DNA of 36,958 nucleotides from Geosiphon pyriformis uo1. Taxonomy: Eukaryota; Fungi; Glomeromycota. The position numbers and the translations under genes are program-made. The first letter of the stretch is position 1; each line of letters begins with the position of its first letter. The notes below the pieces were generated by a model. It saw nothing but the letters and a program-made list of their open reading frames with translations, did not search any database and was not told the origin of the DNA. Location of the stretch: the NCBI GenBank assembly GCA_016748015.1, contig JAAOMT010000092.1:1-36958 (forward strand), read 5' to 3'. Below are positions 11,031-22,069 of the stretch, piece by piece.

Positions 11031-12122
11031 AGACCACTATTAATGAATGGCTACTAATAGAGTTAGAAGAAAAAAAGAAGAAACCCACTTGGGAAGCTTA
11101 CCAAGTCTTATGGACTGATATCAATCACAACAATCTACCACCAGTACTTATATGAGAAGAAAAGGAAAAAAAAAAAGAAAAAAAGAGAAAACTCAAACTA
11201 CTACCTTCAGTTTGACAACATACTCCACTACTACTCAATCACAGCCAAACTATTATCAATCCAAGCTAATTTGTATTGATTGTGGCAAAAAATTGTCAAC
11301 AATGGGTACATGTTATGATGACAATAAGGACTGGCCAATAGCCACAAAATATTACTGTCACTCATGTATTCTTGAATAATTTGGACAATTTAAGCAACAA
11401 AAAAAATGGGACAATAAATCATGCCTGGCTTGTGAAGAAACTTTTTTCAATGAAAAAATGTGAAACAACATTCCTAGGAGAGGAAAAATGTGCAACAAAT
11501 TATGTTAATACACAATTCTAATCAGTAATTGAATATACAAAGAAACACCAATAGATACTGCCTAGAGAAGAACAGTAAAATGCTTAGATAGCTGTCCACA
11601 TAATGACAATAAAATTTGGCAAATGGCTTTTACCAAAATCAAAGGTATGTCAAAAAAAAAATAAGAGAAATAAAAAATAACCTATCAGAACTCATAGAAC
11701 TCAATTGAATTCTGAATTCTAATATCATCTTCGATGCTATGAACCCAGAACAATTTCACGAATATTATTAGGACTTAATACCTATTAAGAAAGTACAAAA
11801 GCAATATTTAGAACAACTAAACACCCAATTATGTGATTACTGTTTAATTTCCTGTAACTTTCAATATTGTAATGAGTGTGATCTCATTTACAATCCACTA
11901 TCACACATGATTTACATGATTCCAGAAAAAGAAAAACCAATCAGCAGCTGCACATTAGAATTAGAATCCATGTTCAATTCCAATTCAAACTCTGACAATA
12001 ATAACAACAAAAACAACAAGTTCAGCTCTGTTTAAAATAGCCATAGAAATAACAATAATTTGAACTTAAATTTAAGCCCAGAACAATATATTGTGCTTTT
12101 TGACTTTACCAAAGAGCAGAAA

Positions 12123-12552
12123 CTTAAATGGTTTAGTGATAATAATAAAGGTATCATGCCAAAATGTGCATATAATACTGATGTAGGGTTTTGATCTGAA
12201 ATACTTAAGAAAAGAAGCCATCAAATTGGAACCACATTTGTGCATATGCATTGATCTGAAAGTAGCACTGGAAATTCCAGCAACAATAATAGTTCAGTTA
12301 GCATTCAGGAATAGTTTAGTGAAAAAAGAGATTAACATTAGAGAAGAAATAATTAATACAGGATACATAGAAAATATTATTACAATACTACAAAATGACT
12401 CAAAAAAAGCCTATATCATAGAGCCAAATAAAAAAATAACATAGACAATATTCCTATCTTTGGTTAAAATAACTCAGTTAGTATCAGTGGAAGAGAGAGA
12501 AAAACTAGGGATTACACCTAAAGGAATAAGTGAATTCAGATCCACAGGTAAA
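12123..12552 (+). pseudogene. dut: dUTPase domain of element D pol
   Basis: TDVGF/DL (frameshift), QLAFRNSL (motif 2 RSS), IINTGY (motif 3), KIT*TI (motif 4), KGISEFRSTG (motif 5). Confidence 0.85.
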
Positions 12553-13089
12553 ATAGATGTACCAGTTAATATGGCAAAAGAAAAAGTTATTGACAAGGGA
12601 GAAATTATCTCCACCCATCAATCAATTTCCATTCTACTATATAACCAGTACATATTAGCCATAAAAAGAAAAGTAAAGGATCAATTCTAAATTTTTGAAG
12701 TGGAAACTACCATTTGTGAATCAAAAAAAATTGGACTTATCAATCTTTATATACCAGCCAAGAGCCTGAAACATGTTAAAATTTCTATCTACAACACAAC
12801 AGGAGATGTTTTTGAGATACCAAAAGAAATTATCATTGGATATTTAAGCACTGAAATTGAAGAACAATCACCAAACCCCATTTCAGATTTTCTACAACTG
12901 TGTAGATATGTGGATATCACATCATAAACAATATATAAATAAGATGAATGTTATCTGCTCCAACCAGAACAATCAGAACAAATGAATTTGGAAAATTTAG
13001 ACCCACTACAATGAATGCAGCTTAAAATGTTACTCAACAATTTCAACAACATCTTTGCAAATGAAAATGAATTTGGCAGAATAGACATA

Positions 13090-14380
13090 ATTCAATATTA
13101 GATCAAAACTGAAGATACAATGCCAATCAAACAAAGAACATATCAAATACCACTAGCAAGCCATAAAATTATCCAACAAAAAATTAACCAGATGTTAAAC
13201 AATAGGTTAATTCAACTATCAATAAGTTTATAGTTATTGCCAGTAGTACTAATCCATAAAAAAAATGGAAAAATCTGCTTTTGTGTTGATTACCAAAAAC
13301 TTAATGGAGTAACCAAAGAAGATAACTATCTGACTCCAAAAATCCAAGAACTTTTTAATGCTTTGGGAGGAAAAAAATGGTTTTCAACATTAAACTTAGA
13401 CAGTGGTTACTGGCAAGTAATTATAAAAGCAGAAAATAAAAAAAAAACAGCTTTTACAACTTGTAAAAAAAATTTCGAATTTGAGATTATGCCATTTGGC
13501 TTGATAAATGCTCCTGCCACATTTCAATGGCTCATGGAAATTGTCTATACCAGATTGCTATGGAAATTAGTAGTCATATATTTGGATGACACCAACATAT
13601 TCTTCAAAACATTCGATGATTTTTTGCATCATTTTCAACAAGTATTTAAAAGACTAAGAAGAGTCAAATTTAAACTAAATGCAATCAAGTGTTTCTTTGG
13701 AAAAACTGAACTCAAGTTTTTGGAACATGTCATAAGCAAAGACAGAAGCAAAACAGATTTAGACAAAATTGAGATAGTTAAAAACTTTCCAGTACCTACC
13801 AACTTGACTGAACTATGAACATTTTTAGGATTTGTAAGTTATTATTGGCACTTCATCAAAGACTTTTCCAAACTGGCTTAGCCATTATACCAGCTTTAAA
13901 CAAAAAACACCAAATATAAATGGATGAAAACCCAGCAAAAAGCTTTTGATATATTAAAAAAAAAGCTTATTCAAGTTCTAGTACTAATCTACTTAAATTA
14001 TAACAAGCCATTCATAATTACAACTAATGCATCAGGTCAAGTATTAGGAACAGTACTATCTTAGAAAAGACCAAATGAAAGAGGACACCCAGTAGCATAT
14101 GCTAGTCACAGCTTAAGTTCAGCTGAAAAAAACTATAGAACACTAGTATTAGAACACTTAGCAATCTATTGGGCAGTCATAAAGTGAAAGAATACTTAAG
14201 CCAGAAATTTGACATATACACTGACCATAAAAAATTGACTTTAATCCAAAAGCAAGAATTTGGAGATGATTGTCATGCTAGATAGAAAATAGAACTTTTA
14301 CCATTTAATTATACAGTACATTACAAAAAAGAAAAAAAAATGTAAATACTAACAGCTTGTCACAAATGAGACAAATCTAA
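13090..14380 (+). pseudogene. pol: Reverse transcriptase and RNase H (element D)
   Basis: ORF 13237..13818: PVVLIHKKNGKICFCVDYQKLN, FSTLNLDSGYWQ, MPFGLINAPATFQ, IYLDD. RNase H: TNASGQVLGTVL…AYASHSLSSAEKNY…YTDH. Confidence 0.95.
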
Positions 14381-14399
14381 AAACATTTCAACCAAAAAT

Positions 14400-15783
14400 A
14401 TAACAAAAGATAAATATATAAAAATATCAACAACTTCAACATTATATTAATATTTAGCAGTTTAAGAAGAAATTATCTCCAAAAGAACAAAACCATATCA
14501 AACAACAATCCAAATATTTTATTACTTACCAAAATATATTTTATTAAAAAAACAGAAAGAATTCAGATCAACCAACCAAAGTAATTACAAAACCAGAGAA
14601 GGAAACAATATTATTTAACATGTATTCTAATTCAACAGCAGGACATTTTTACAAAGAAGCAATTATGAAAAAAAAAATACTATTGGTTATCTATGTATTT
14701 AGACATTATTTAATATGTTTAAAATTGTGATGTTTGTCAGAGAAAATAAAAAACAAAACCCAATAAGCCATTAAGACCAATCAAAGTGGGACAACCATTT
14801 AATTGCATTGGAATTGACTTAGTCAGACTATTAACAATAACCAGTAGAAAAAACAAATATATCACAGTAGCCATAGATTATTTTACTAAGTGGCCAAAAA
14901 CAAAAGCCATTCAAAGAGCAGATGCAGAATCTGTTGCCAAATTCATTTATCAAAATCTAATTTATTGATATAAATGCCCAAAAGAATTACTATTAAACCA
15001 AAGAACTCACTTTGTGAATAAAATATTGGCAGAATTAAGTCAAAAATTTGGAATCAAAAAACCATTATTATTATCATATTATCCACAAACTAATAGTTTA
15101 GTCAAAAAATTCAATAAACCATTGTGTGAAACAATTGCCAAAATCAGCCAAGAAAATCAAAACAAATGGAATTTGTTTATATCATCAGTATTATTTGCTT
15201 ACTAGACAATAAAGCAAGACACTACACAAGCAACATTATTTAAATTAGTATACAGTAGAATAGCAACATTACCAATAGAAATAGAAGTCAGCACATATCC
15301 AACTGAACTAATAACAGAAACAATTTTCAAGAAATATTGTTGAGAAAAACATATAACTTAATGGAAACACTAGAAAACAAATAGTGAAGAGCAGCTAATA
15401 ACATCTAGAAGTCACAAGAAAAACAAAAAAAAAGACACAATAATCAACTACCAGACAAACCAGTTGAATTCAAGATTGGAGACAAAGTACTTTTATATTG
15501 TACCAAAGCAGTAAAACAATAGAGTAGAAAATTTGATCCCAAATAGGACAAATCATTTCACATAGAAAAAATTTTAGGAAATAGAGCTTATAAATTAAGG
15601 TGAAACAACAAAATTCTAACTAAAGCAGTACATAAAGATCAATTAAAACCATATTATAATATAATATCATCATCTATCAGTAATATTCTACAGTTAAGAG
15701 TACAGAAAATACTAGTCTGACCAGATAAGATTTCACAAAATCTAGAACCAATTATTATCATTGATACAAATACATCAAATTGA
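14400..15783 (+). pseudogene. pol: Integrase with GPY/F-type C-terminal module (element D)
   Basis: TAGHF…CDVC (HHCC), PFNCIGIDL, IDYFTKWP, YYPQTNSLV.KFN, FKIGDKVLL…KFDPK*DKSF…AYKL…VHKDQLKPY. Confidence 0.92.
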
Positions 15784-15837
15784 TCAACCAAAGGAATATA
15801 TAAAGGCATAATAAACACGATAGAAAATATTAGAAAA

Positions 15838-16467
15838 ATGGAAATTACTGACAATATTTACTCACTAGCACAACAACTCTTTCAACTAATTCAACAATAA
15901 AATATGAAAATTATTATTAACCAACAAATCATTTGATACAAAAATATCAGAAAGATACTCCAATACAAAATACAAAAGAAAACAGAAAACACCATCAATA
16001 AAATAATTCAAAAAATAAAATTGGCAATAAAAAAGCCAACAAAAATTACCCCATATTAAAAATTGACCAAAAAAACTTGGAAGTGATAGATACAAAAATT
16101 TCCAAAAAACTTTTGCTATTTCCACTTGGAACAATACTTGAATATTCAGAACTTATATATGAATAAGACAAAGCAATTATTTGATTCAGAAATATTACAA
16201 CAATCAAAACAATTTATGGAAAAAAACAATTTAATCACACAAGCACAAGTCATTTATCAATTACAAATTGGATTTCAAAACCAGCCAGAAATTTTACTCA
16301 ATCCAACAATAAACACCATTACCATTAACCAAATAAAAAAAATAACCAATGTTCAATTTGAAAAATTACAGAACAAGATAACACAAGTAATTTTCAAAAA
16401 AAAAGTTCAAAAAATACTCCAAAATAAAGAGTTAGAATTAGAAAATCTCAATAAAGTTCAATATTAA
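15838..16467 (+). pseudogene. Extra ORF (ORF3, 209 codons) in frame with integrase, element D copy
   Basis: One frame from ATG 15838 (MEITDNIYSLAQQLFQLIQQ) through ORF 16126..16467 with no frameshift; the internal stops fit C>T/G>A changes; its TAA abuts the PPT. Confidence 0.8.
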
Positions 16468-16480
16468 AAGGAAAGAATAA
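16466..16480 (+). promoter_or_regulatory. Polypurine tract of element D
   Basis: aaaaggaaagaataa directly before TGTTAC. Confidence 0.8.
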
Positions 16481-17120
16481 TGTTACTCTTAGAATATAAG
16501 AAGTATATTAGCATATAAATTAGCCAATCAGAAGTAGCCATAGTAAATGTAGAATTTCAGGATTCTTTTTAGAGGAATTACAAGATTTCAAGAATTTCAG
16601 AATTTTTGTATAAGGAATTACAGAATTGCAGAATTCCAGGATTCTTCTCAAAGAAATTGCAGAATTTCAGAAATTCCAGAATTTCTGGTATAAAGAATTG
16701 AGGAATTGAAAAATCTCAATTATGTATATATAGTGGTAGTATTAGAAGTAGAAAAGACAAACCTTTTAGTTTAGATTTAGTCTAAAAAACAATCTTTCAA
16801 ATCACAAATATCATTAAATAACTATTTGCTATCTCAATTCACTCTCCACTATCAACACTTTATGTTGATAGTAATCCATATTTGACCACACTAAAACAAT
16901 AGCTTTTGATTATAGCTATTAACAGGATACTAACTTAATTGTCTTGGTTTATTTTTCTCTTTGTTTATTTTTTTTTCTTTTATTTTTTCTTTTATTGTTG
17001 TATACTAATTGATTAAAAATTAAGTATTGAGTTACTAATGTTAGGATATAGCACTGGTAAAAGACCCAGAAATAAAGATAAACACTCAGATTTGAGGATA
17101 GCTTACCAGAAGATTGCCAG
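16481..17120 (+). repeat. 3' LTR of element D (type 2), truncated by insertion at 17121
   Basis: Homologous to 9009-9560; U3 carries ggaattgcag(g)attccag repeats; homology ends at gattgccag|TGTTAC. Confidence 0.9.
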
Positions 17121-17590
17121 TGTTACCAATAGAATTTTAGTTATTAATTAGCATGAAATTACTCTTATAATTCCTATTATTAATTAGCATATATTATTAT
17201 TATTTCAATTATCACTTATTATTTAATCAAATTATTAAATATTATTACTCAATCAATAATTCGATTTGTACTCTAGAAATTAAGATAATCAAATTACACA
17301 ATACCCTGAACCATTTAACATAGTTAAAATTTGCCGAAATTAATAAAAATTGGCCAAAATAATCAAATAGTTCAGTGAAATAACTTGTAGTTTGCCAAAA
17401 TATATTTTTAGTTTGCCAAAATATATCTTTAGTTCACCCAAATTGTAGTAAAGAGAAAAGTGCAAGTTCAAAGATTAGTACTACAACAAATTGTATAAAA
17501 GAAGAGCTTCTCTCTTCAAAAAAATATATCTTTTCATAGTATCTTATCATAGTATTCTACTTTAGATATTTTAATTGAAACAAATCAACA
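17121..17590 (+). mobile_element. Probable partial LTR of a third family (E) inserted into LTR D
   Basis: Begins TGTTAC exactly where LTR D homology stops; has 21-bp tandem repeats (gtttgccaaaatatatYttta, ~17390-17440) and TATA-like tgtataaaa at ~17492; no matching GTAACA end. Confidence 0.55.
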
Positions 17591-20500
17591 ACTAGATTAT
17601 ATTAGGAACAATGTTTTCTCTGATGTGATGTATGCAATCAGCATGAGTAAATTAGTCCTGGTCATTAGTGGTCTGCCTGATGACAAGACAACTGGCCTGT
17701 CTGGCATACTTAATAAATTATGGAAGCATAATGGTAAAAAAGTATTAGAGTGTTTATTAGTACTGCTAAATACATGTTTAACTGTTGATGGAATGCTCAC
17801 TTTGTAGAAGAGAGCATGGGTTTTAATAATTCCTAAGCCATATGACTGGAATGGTGTTTTTACAAACACTCAACCAATAGTGCTAATCAAAACTACTAGG
17901 AAGATTCTGTCTAAGATTTTGTCTGATCATATTTTGTTGGCATCTAACAAGTTCAATGTTCTCTGGGACAACAACTTTTTAGTACTAAAGAGTATGTTTA
18001 CACAGTCTCTAGTGTTTGCCATCGGGTCAGTGGTTAAAGATGCTCTTAAAAAAAATAAAGAGATCTGGTTGGTTTTACAGGACATGTAGAAAGCATATAA
18101 TTTTGTTAGATGGCACCATCTAAAAGCTAGCTTACGGCGTGTTAAAATGTGTAACAGATTTATTGAGTTCTTTAGGAATATACATGGAGATAGAATTAAC
18201 AGGATTATGACTGATTTTGGTCTGTTGAATGGCTACAAGATACATAACAATTTAGATTAAGGTGAGGTTTTCTTGTCTTTTTTGTGGAGAATCTTTTATG
18301 ATCCATTCTTGTGTGAGATTAAAAAACATAAACAATTGTGTAGATACAGAATTAATACTAAATTTGTTTCAAGAACAGGCAGAATTGAGAGTGGTGGTGA
18401 GATGACTTTTTATTTTGCAGCTGGCACATTTGTTGATGATACTGTTTGAGTTGAGAATTGTCAGGTTTCTATTTAGTATGCTTTGGATATTGCCAGTGAG
18501 TTCTTTAAGATTAATAATATTTCTATCAACAGTGAGAAGACAGTGGCTATTCCTATCAATCAAGATATTAAAGTTACTTTTTTGAATATTTATAGACAGC
18601 CAATTTCAATAGCCAAAAAAGACAAGACATATCATTACTTGAGAATTTTTTTGTTTACAGAGGAGTTGTCTAAGCCTAGTGTTACCAAAGCTCATTCTGA
18701 CATTTGTTTCTTTATTAATGTTTTGTTCAAGAAGACTGTTATGGATAAGCAGTTTTTGTACTTGGTCTTGGCTGTCTTGCAGCCTATAGTTAACTACCAG
18801 ATTTAGTTTAGTTTTGTTTTGCCAAATGTTTGTTACAGATGAGATGTTATAATTAGGAAGAGTCTTAAGTCTAAAGCATATTTGCCACATAATTTTTCTA
18901 ATGAGGCTTTGCATCACTCATCTTTATATGGTTTAAAGTTATTTGAGCAAGTCCAAACTGAAAATAAATTGGCTGCTGTGATCTCATTTTCTAATGCTCA
19001 TGGAATTCTTGGTCATTTGTTTTGTTACTAGTTTTTGGATTTACAGGTTTTGAGTTGGGCTCCTTTGGATTCTTTATGGTTTCTTGTTAGGTTGCATGTT
19101 AGCCCAGTAAACAATTTCTTGGCTGGTGTGATTAGGATCTTTTTAAACAATAAGCTGTCTTTGGTGAACATATTATTCAGTGCTTTCCATAACCCTAATG
19201 TTTTTCTAATGTTCTTGGTCTTAAAAAAGTCTTTGTTCTTTGATTTTGTTTGTTTCTTGAAGTGTTTTGGAATTGCCTTTGATGACCAACTGTATGATAA
19301 AAAAGGGCAGATGATAGACTGGAAAACTTTTTACCACTAGAAAAGATTGGATCCTAGGGGTTCTGTGCTCCATTGGTTTGTGCTCACTTCAAAGTTTTTG
19401 AATAATAAGAGTTTCTTGAATTTTGTATTTGTGGTTTCTCTGTCTTCCTTGCCTAGTTTGAACATTTTGAATTCCAAAGAGTTTTTAAATATTTGGAATG
19501 GTTTGCATGAGATTTGTTCTGGTGTTTTTAAAATCTATACAGATGGTTCATTAAAAAATGCTGGTTCTGCTGATGTCATGAGTGGGGTGGTTGCATATTT
19601 TCTGGTTTTAAACATGGGTGTTGGCATAGGAGTTTGGAGCCTTCTTTCTTCTACTATGGCTGAATTATAGGCGGTTGCCTTGACTTTGAAGTGTGTTCCA
19701 TCCTTTTGTAGTGTAAATTTGTATCTTGACAGTCAAGCTGCTATTGATATATGTGTGTCTGAGATGTTGCTTGCTTCTCTCAATTTTCATAATTAGTATT
19801 GAGTGGAAAGAAGACATATTTTTAATTTGGTCTGAGATAAAGATTTTACTGTACATTGAATTAAGATCAAGAGTTATTCTGAGATTGCCAGTAATATAAA
19901 GGCTAATACTTTGGCTGATAAAACAACAGGCTCTCCTGTTTTTTATCCATGAGTGAGCAGAAACATTTTTTGATGGCTGAAAATATAATTGTGTTTGACA
20001 ATATCTGTTACTTTGTTCGAAATTTGTTCAGATCTGTTTGTTGAACTCATTAGGAAGCAGGTCCCAGTTGCAACATAATTTTGAGGGTGTCAGTTGGCAA
20101 TGTGGATTAAGTTGTCACTTCAAGGGTGTGGCACCCCAATTCACACATGTTTGCAGGGTTTACTAGTTGGAAGTCAGCCACTTTATGCATATATATGATA
20201 AAAGTTGTGTATTGTAGGATGCTTATTGCTGTCCATAAAAGACTATATAATAAGAAGTATCTTGGTGTGCTTGGTTTGTTGTGCAGTGAGGTGAAATTGC
20301 CAAATTATGTCTTTACTTGTGCTCAGGATGTTGACATTTGAAGGGAGACTTCTGCATTTTGGGCTTTTTTGGTTGGTGTTCATTGTTTGTTTTCCTCTGC
20401 AATTTCTCAGGTGCTTGATCTTTGTCAGTCAGATGTTGGCTTGTACCCAGTTATATAGAAGAGTTTTGTGCTGAGGGATTGGTGTGAAGAGGCTGTTGGG

Positions 20501-20907
20501 GTCTTTGATGAAAAAGAGAGAACTATTAGCTTTGTTGTTGATTTGGTTAGGTTGTTGGTTAAACTGCATTATTCTAAAGTGTGGTTAATGAGATTTGAAT
20601 TTAGGGTGTGTATAGAGAAAACTGGTCTGGTTGGTAATGGTAATATGTTGTCAGGTCTTTTATGTTGTGTTATTAGATAGTGTAATCAGATTTTTTAGTG
20701 TGTTAGAATCTTTTGTTATTAGCTTTGGTTATCACAAGCCTTGTTTTTTCTTCTCTGGTTTGAATAGTAGTCTCTATGTTAATTTAGGTGTATAGTATTG
20801 CCTTGTCTGGTCTGAATAGCTAGCCACATGTAAAAAGTGCGTGAATTACATTTAGTTTGAGCCACTTAGTTTGGTTCTATGTACTAGATAACAGTTGGAC
20901 TTTGCTC

Positions 20908-20946
<39 letters not shown>
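17591..20946 (+). mobile_element. 5'-truncated LINE (RT, RNase H, C-terminal Cys/His motif, 3' UTR, poly(A))
   Basis: IIPKPYDW..TQPIVL, LQDM*KAYN, AGTFVDDT; RNase H YTDGS…AEL*AV…LDSQ…; decayed CxxC..H…C at ~20275-20320; stop at 20793-20795; 36-nt A tail at 20911-20946. Confidence 0.93.
20911..20946 (+). repeat. Poly(A) tail, 36 A
   Basis: Pure A run right after the conserved LINE terminus gctcatt. Confidence 0.95.
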
Positions 20947-20948
<2 letters not shown>

Positions 20949-21486
20949 AGTTGTTTATATATATTTAATTTTATATATTTTTTTAATTAATTATAAATAT
21001 TAATCAAAATAATAATTAAAAAATAAATAATATAAAAAATATAATTTTTTAATTATATTAAACTTAAACAAGTTTATAAATTTTAAAAATTTGGTTTAAT
21101 TTAAATTTAATTTTTAATTTAAACCAAACTTAAATAATATTTAAAGTTTAATTTAGTTTAATTTAATCAAATTTTTTTTTCTTTATTTATAAATAAATTC
21201 CAACTACTATTTAGTATAAAAAACCAAATTAAGAGATTCATATTATATACAATTTATATTTTTACTACATATAATCAGTTATTTAAGCCAAATAAAATAT
21301 TACAATATATTTATATAAATTTAAATCTTACTTTCTAAACCAAAGAAAAAAAAACACAAATTATGTTTATTAAAACTAATTGTTAAAAACTTAATAACTT
21401 TTAATATACAAATCATATTATTTAAAAGCTTTTTTTTTTTTATTTTATATAACAAACCTAAAAAAAAATAAAAAATAAAAATAAAA

Positions 21487-22069
21487 AAAAAACTTCTTTT
21501 TCTTCTTTGTCTAAAATTTCCAAAAAAAGAGTCTAAAAGTTTTTTTCTGAAAAAAGTTTTTATAATTTAGTACAATAAATCCAAACCTTTTATTTTCAAT
21601 TATGGAACCACTGTTGGCTGTAGTATTGCTGCTATGGAGAAGACTGCTAAAGTTTCTGGTTCTAATAATGGCTTCAGATCTGTGCTTCTAAGAAAAAAGA
21701 GAAAAAATAAAGTTTTGGAAGATAGTTCTGATGATGTGAATATTGGTTCTAAGGTTTAGAATAGTTGCTCATGGAGTTCAGAAACTGGTGACACTACCAA
21801 GTCTGATAGCATTAACATAAAAGAGGAATGCCTAGTTAAGAAAACCAGTTTTGATTATGGTAAAAGTAATGCTCTTGCTAGTGAGAATTCTAATTAAATG
21901 CCTAAAAATTCTGAAGTTAAAACCAAGATGGCACTGAGTAAGCCTCTAGGAAAAATTAATTTCTCAATTGGTAGTGATAATAATGATATTCTTTCAGATG
22001 CTTCTTTGGAACTCCTCTTACCCTTAAAGAATTTAGTTGATGTGTCTGTTCGCAAATCTTTTACTTTGA
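21487..22069 (+). mobile_element. LINE 5' fragment (5' UTR + ORF1 N-terminus), 3'-truncated
   Basis: Homologous to 24941-25520 (SWSSETGDTTKS, ALSKPLGKINFS, LKNLVDVSVRKSF). Confidence 0.88.

Larger units (their letters stand above)
9768..17120 (+). mobile_element. Gypsy element D (5' part missing): gag C-term, PR, Cys-rich region, dUTPase, dUTPase-like, RT, RH, IN, ORF3, PPT, partial 3' LTR
   Basis: Full domain series recognisable; resumes mid-gag (TEFEANHIQAINL) right after LTR C. Confidence 0.93.

Noticed and set aside
15838-16467. ORF3 as env or chromodomain
   Set aside because: No hydrophobic TM or signal segment, furin site or chromodomain pattern is visible.
20805-20840. Hammerhead ribozyme in the LINE 3' UTR (ctga…gaaa) or in the LTR (ttgatga)
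   Set aside because: The CUGANGA core and three-stem layout are not met in any copy.
17580-20960. Target-site duplication around the poly(A)-tailed LINE
   Set aside because: No direct repeat found; only a short inverted match (aacaact/agttgtt), probably chance.
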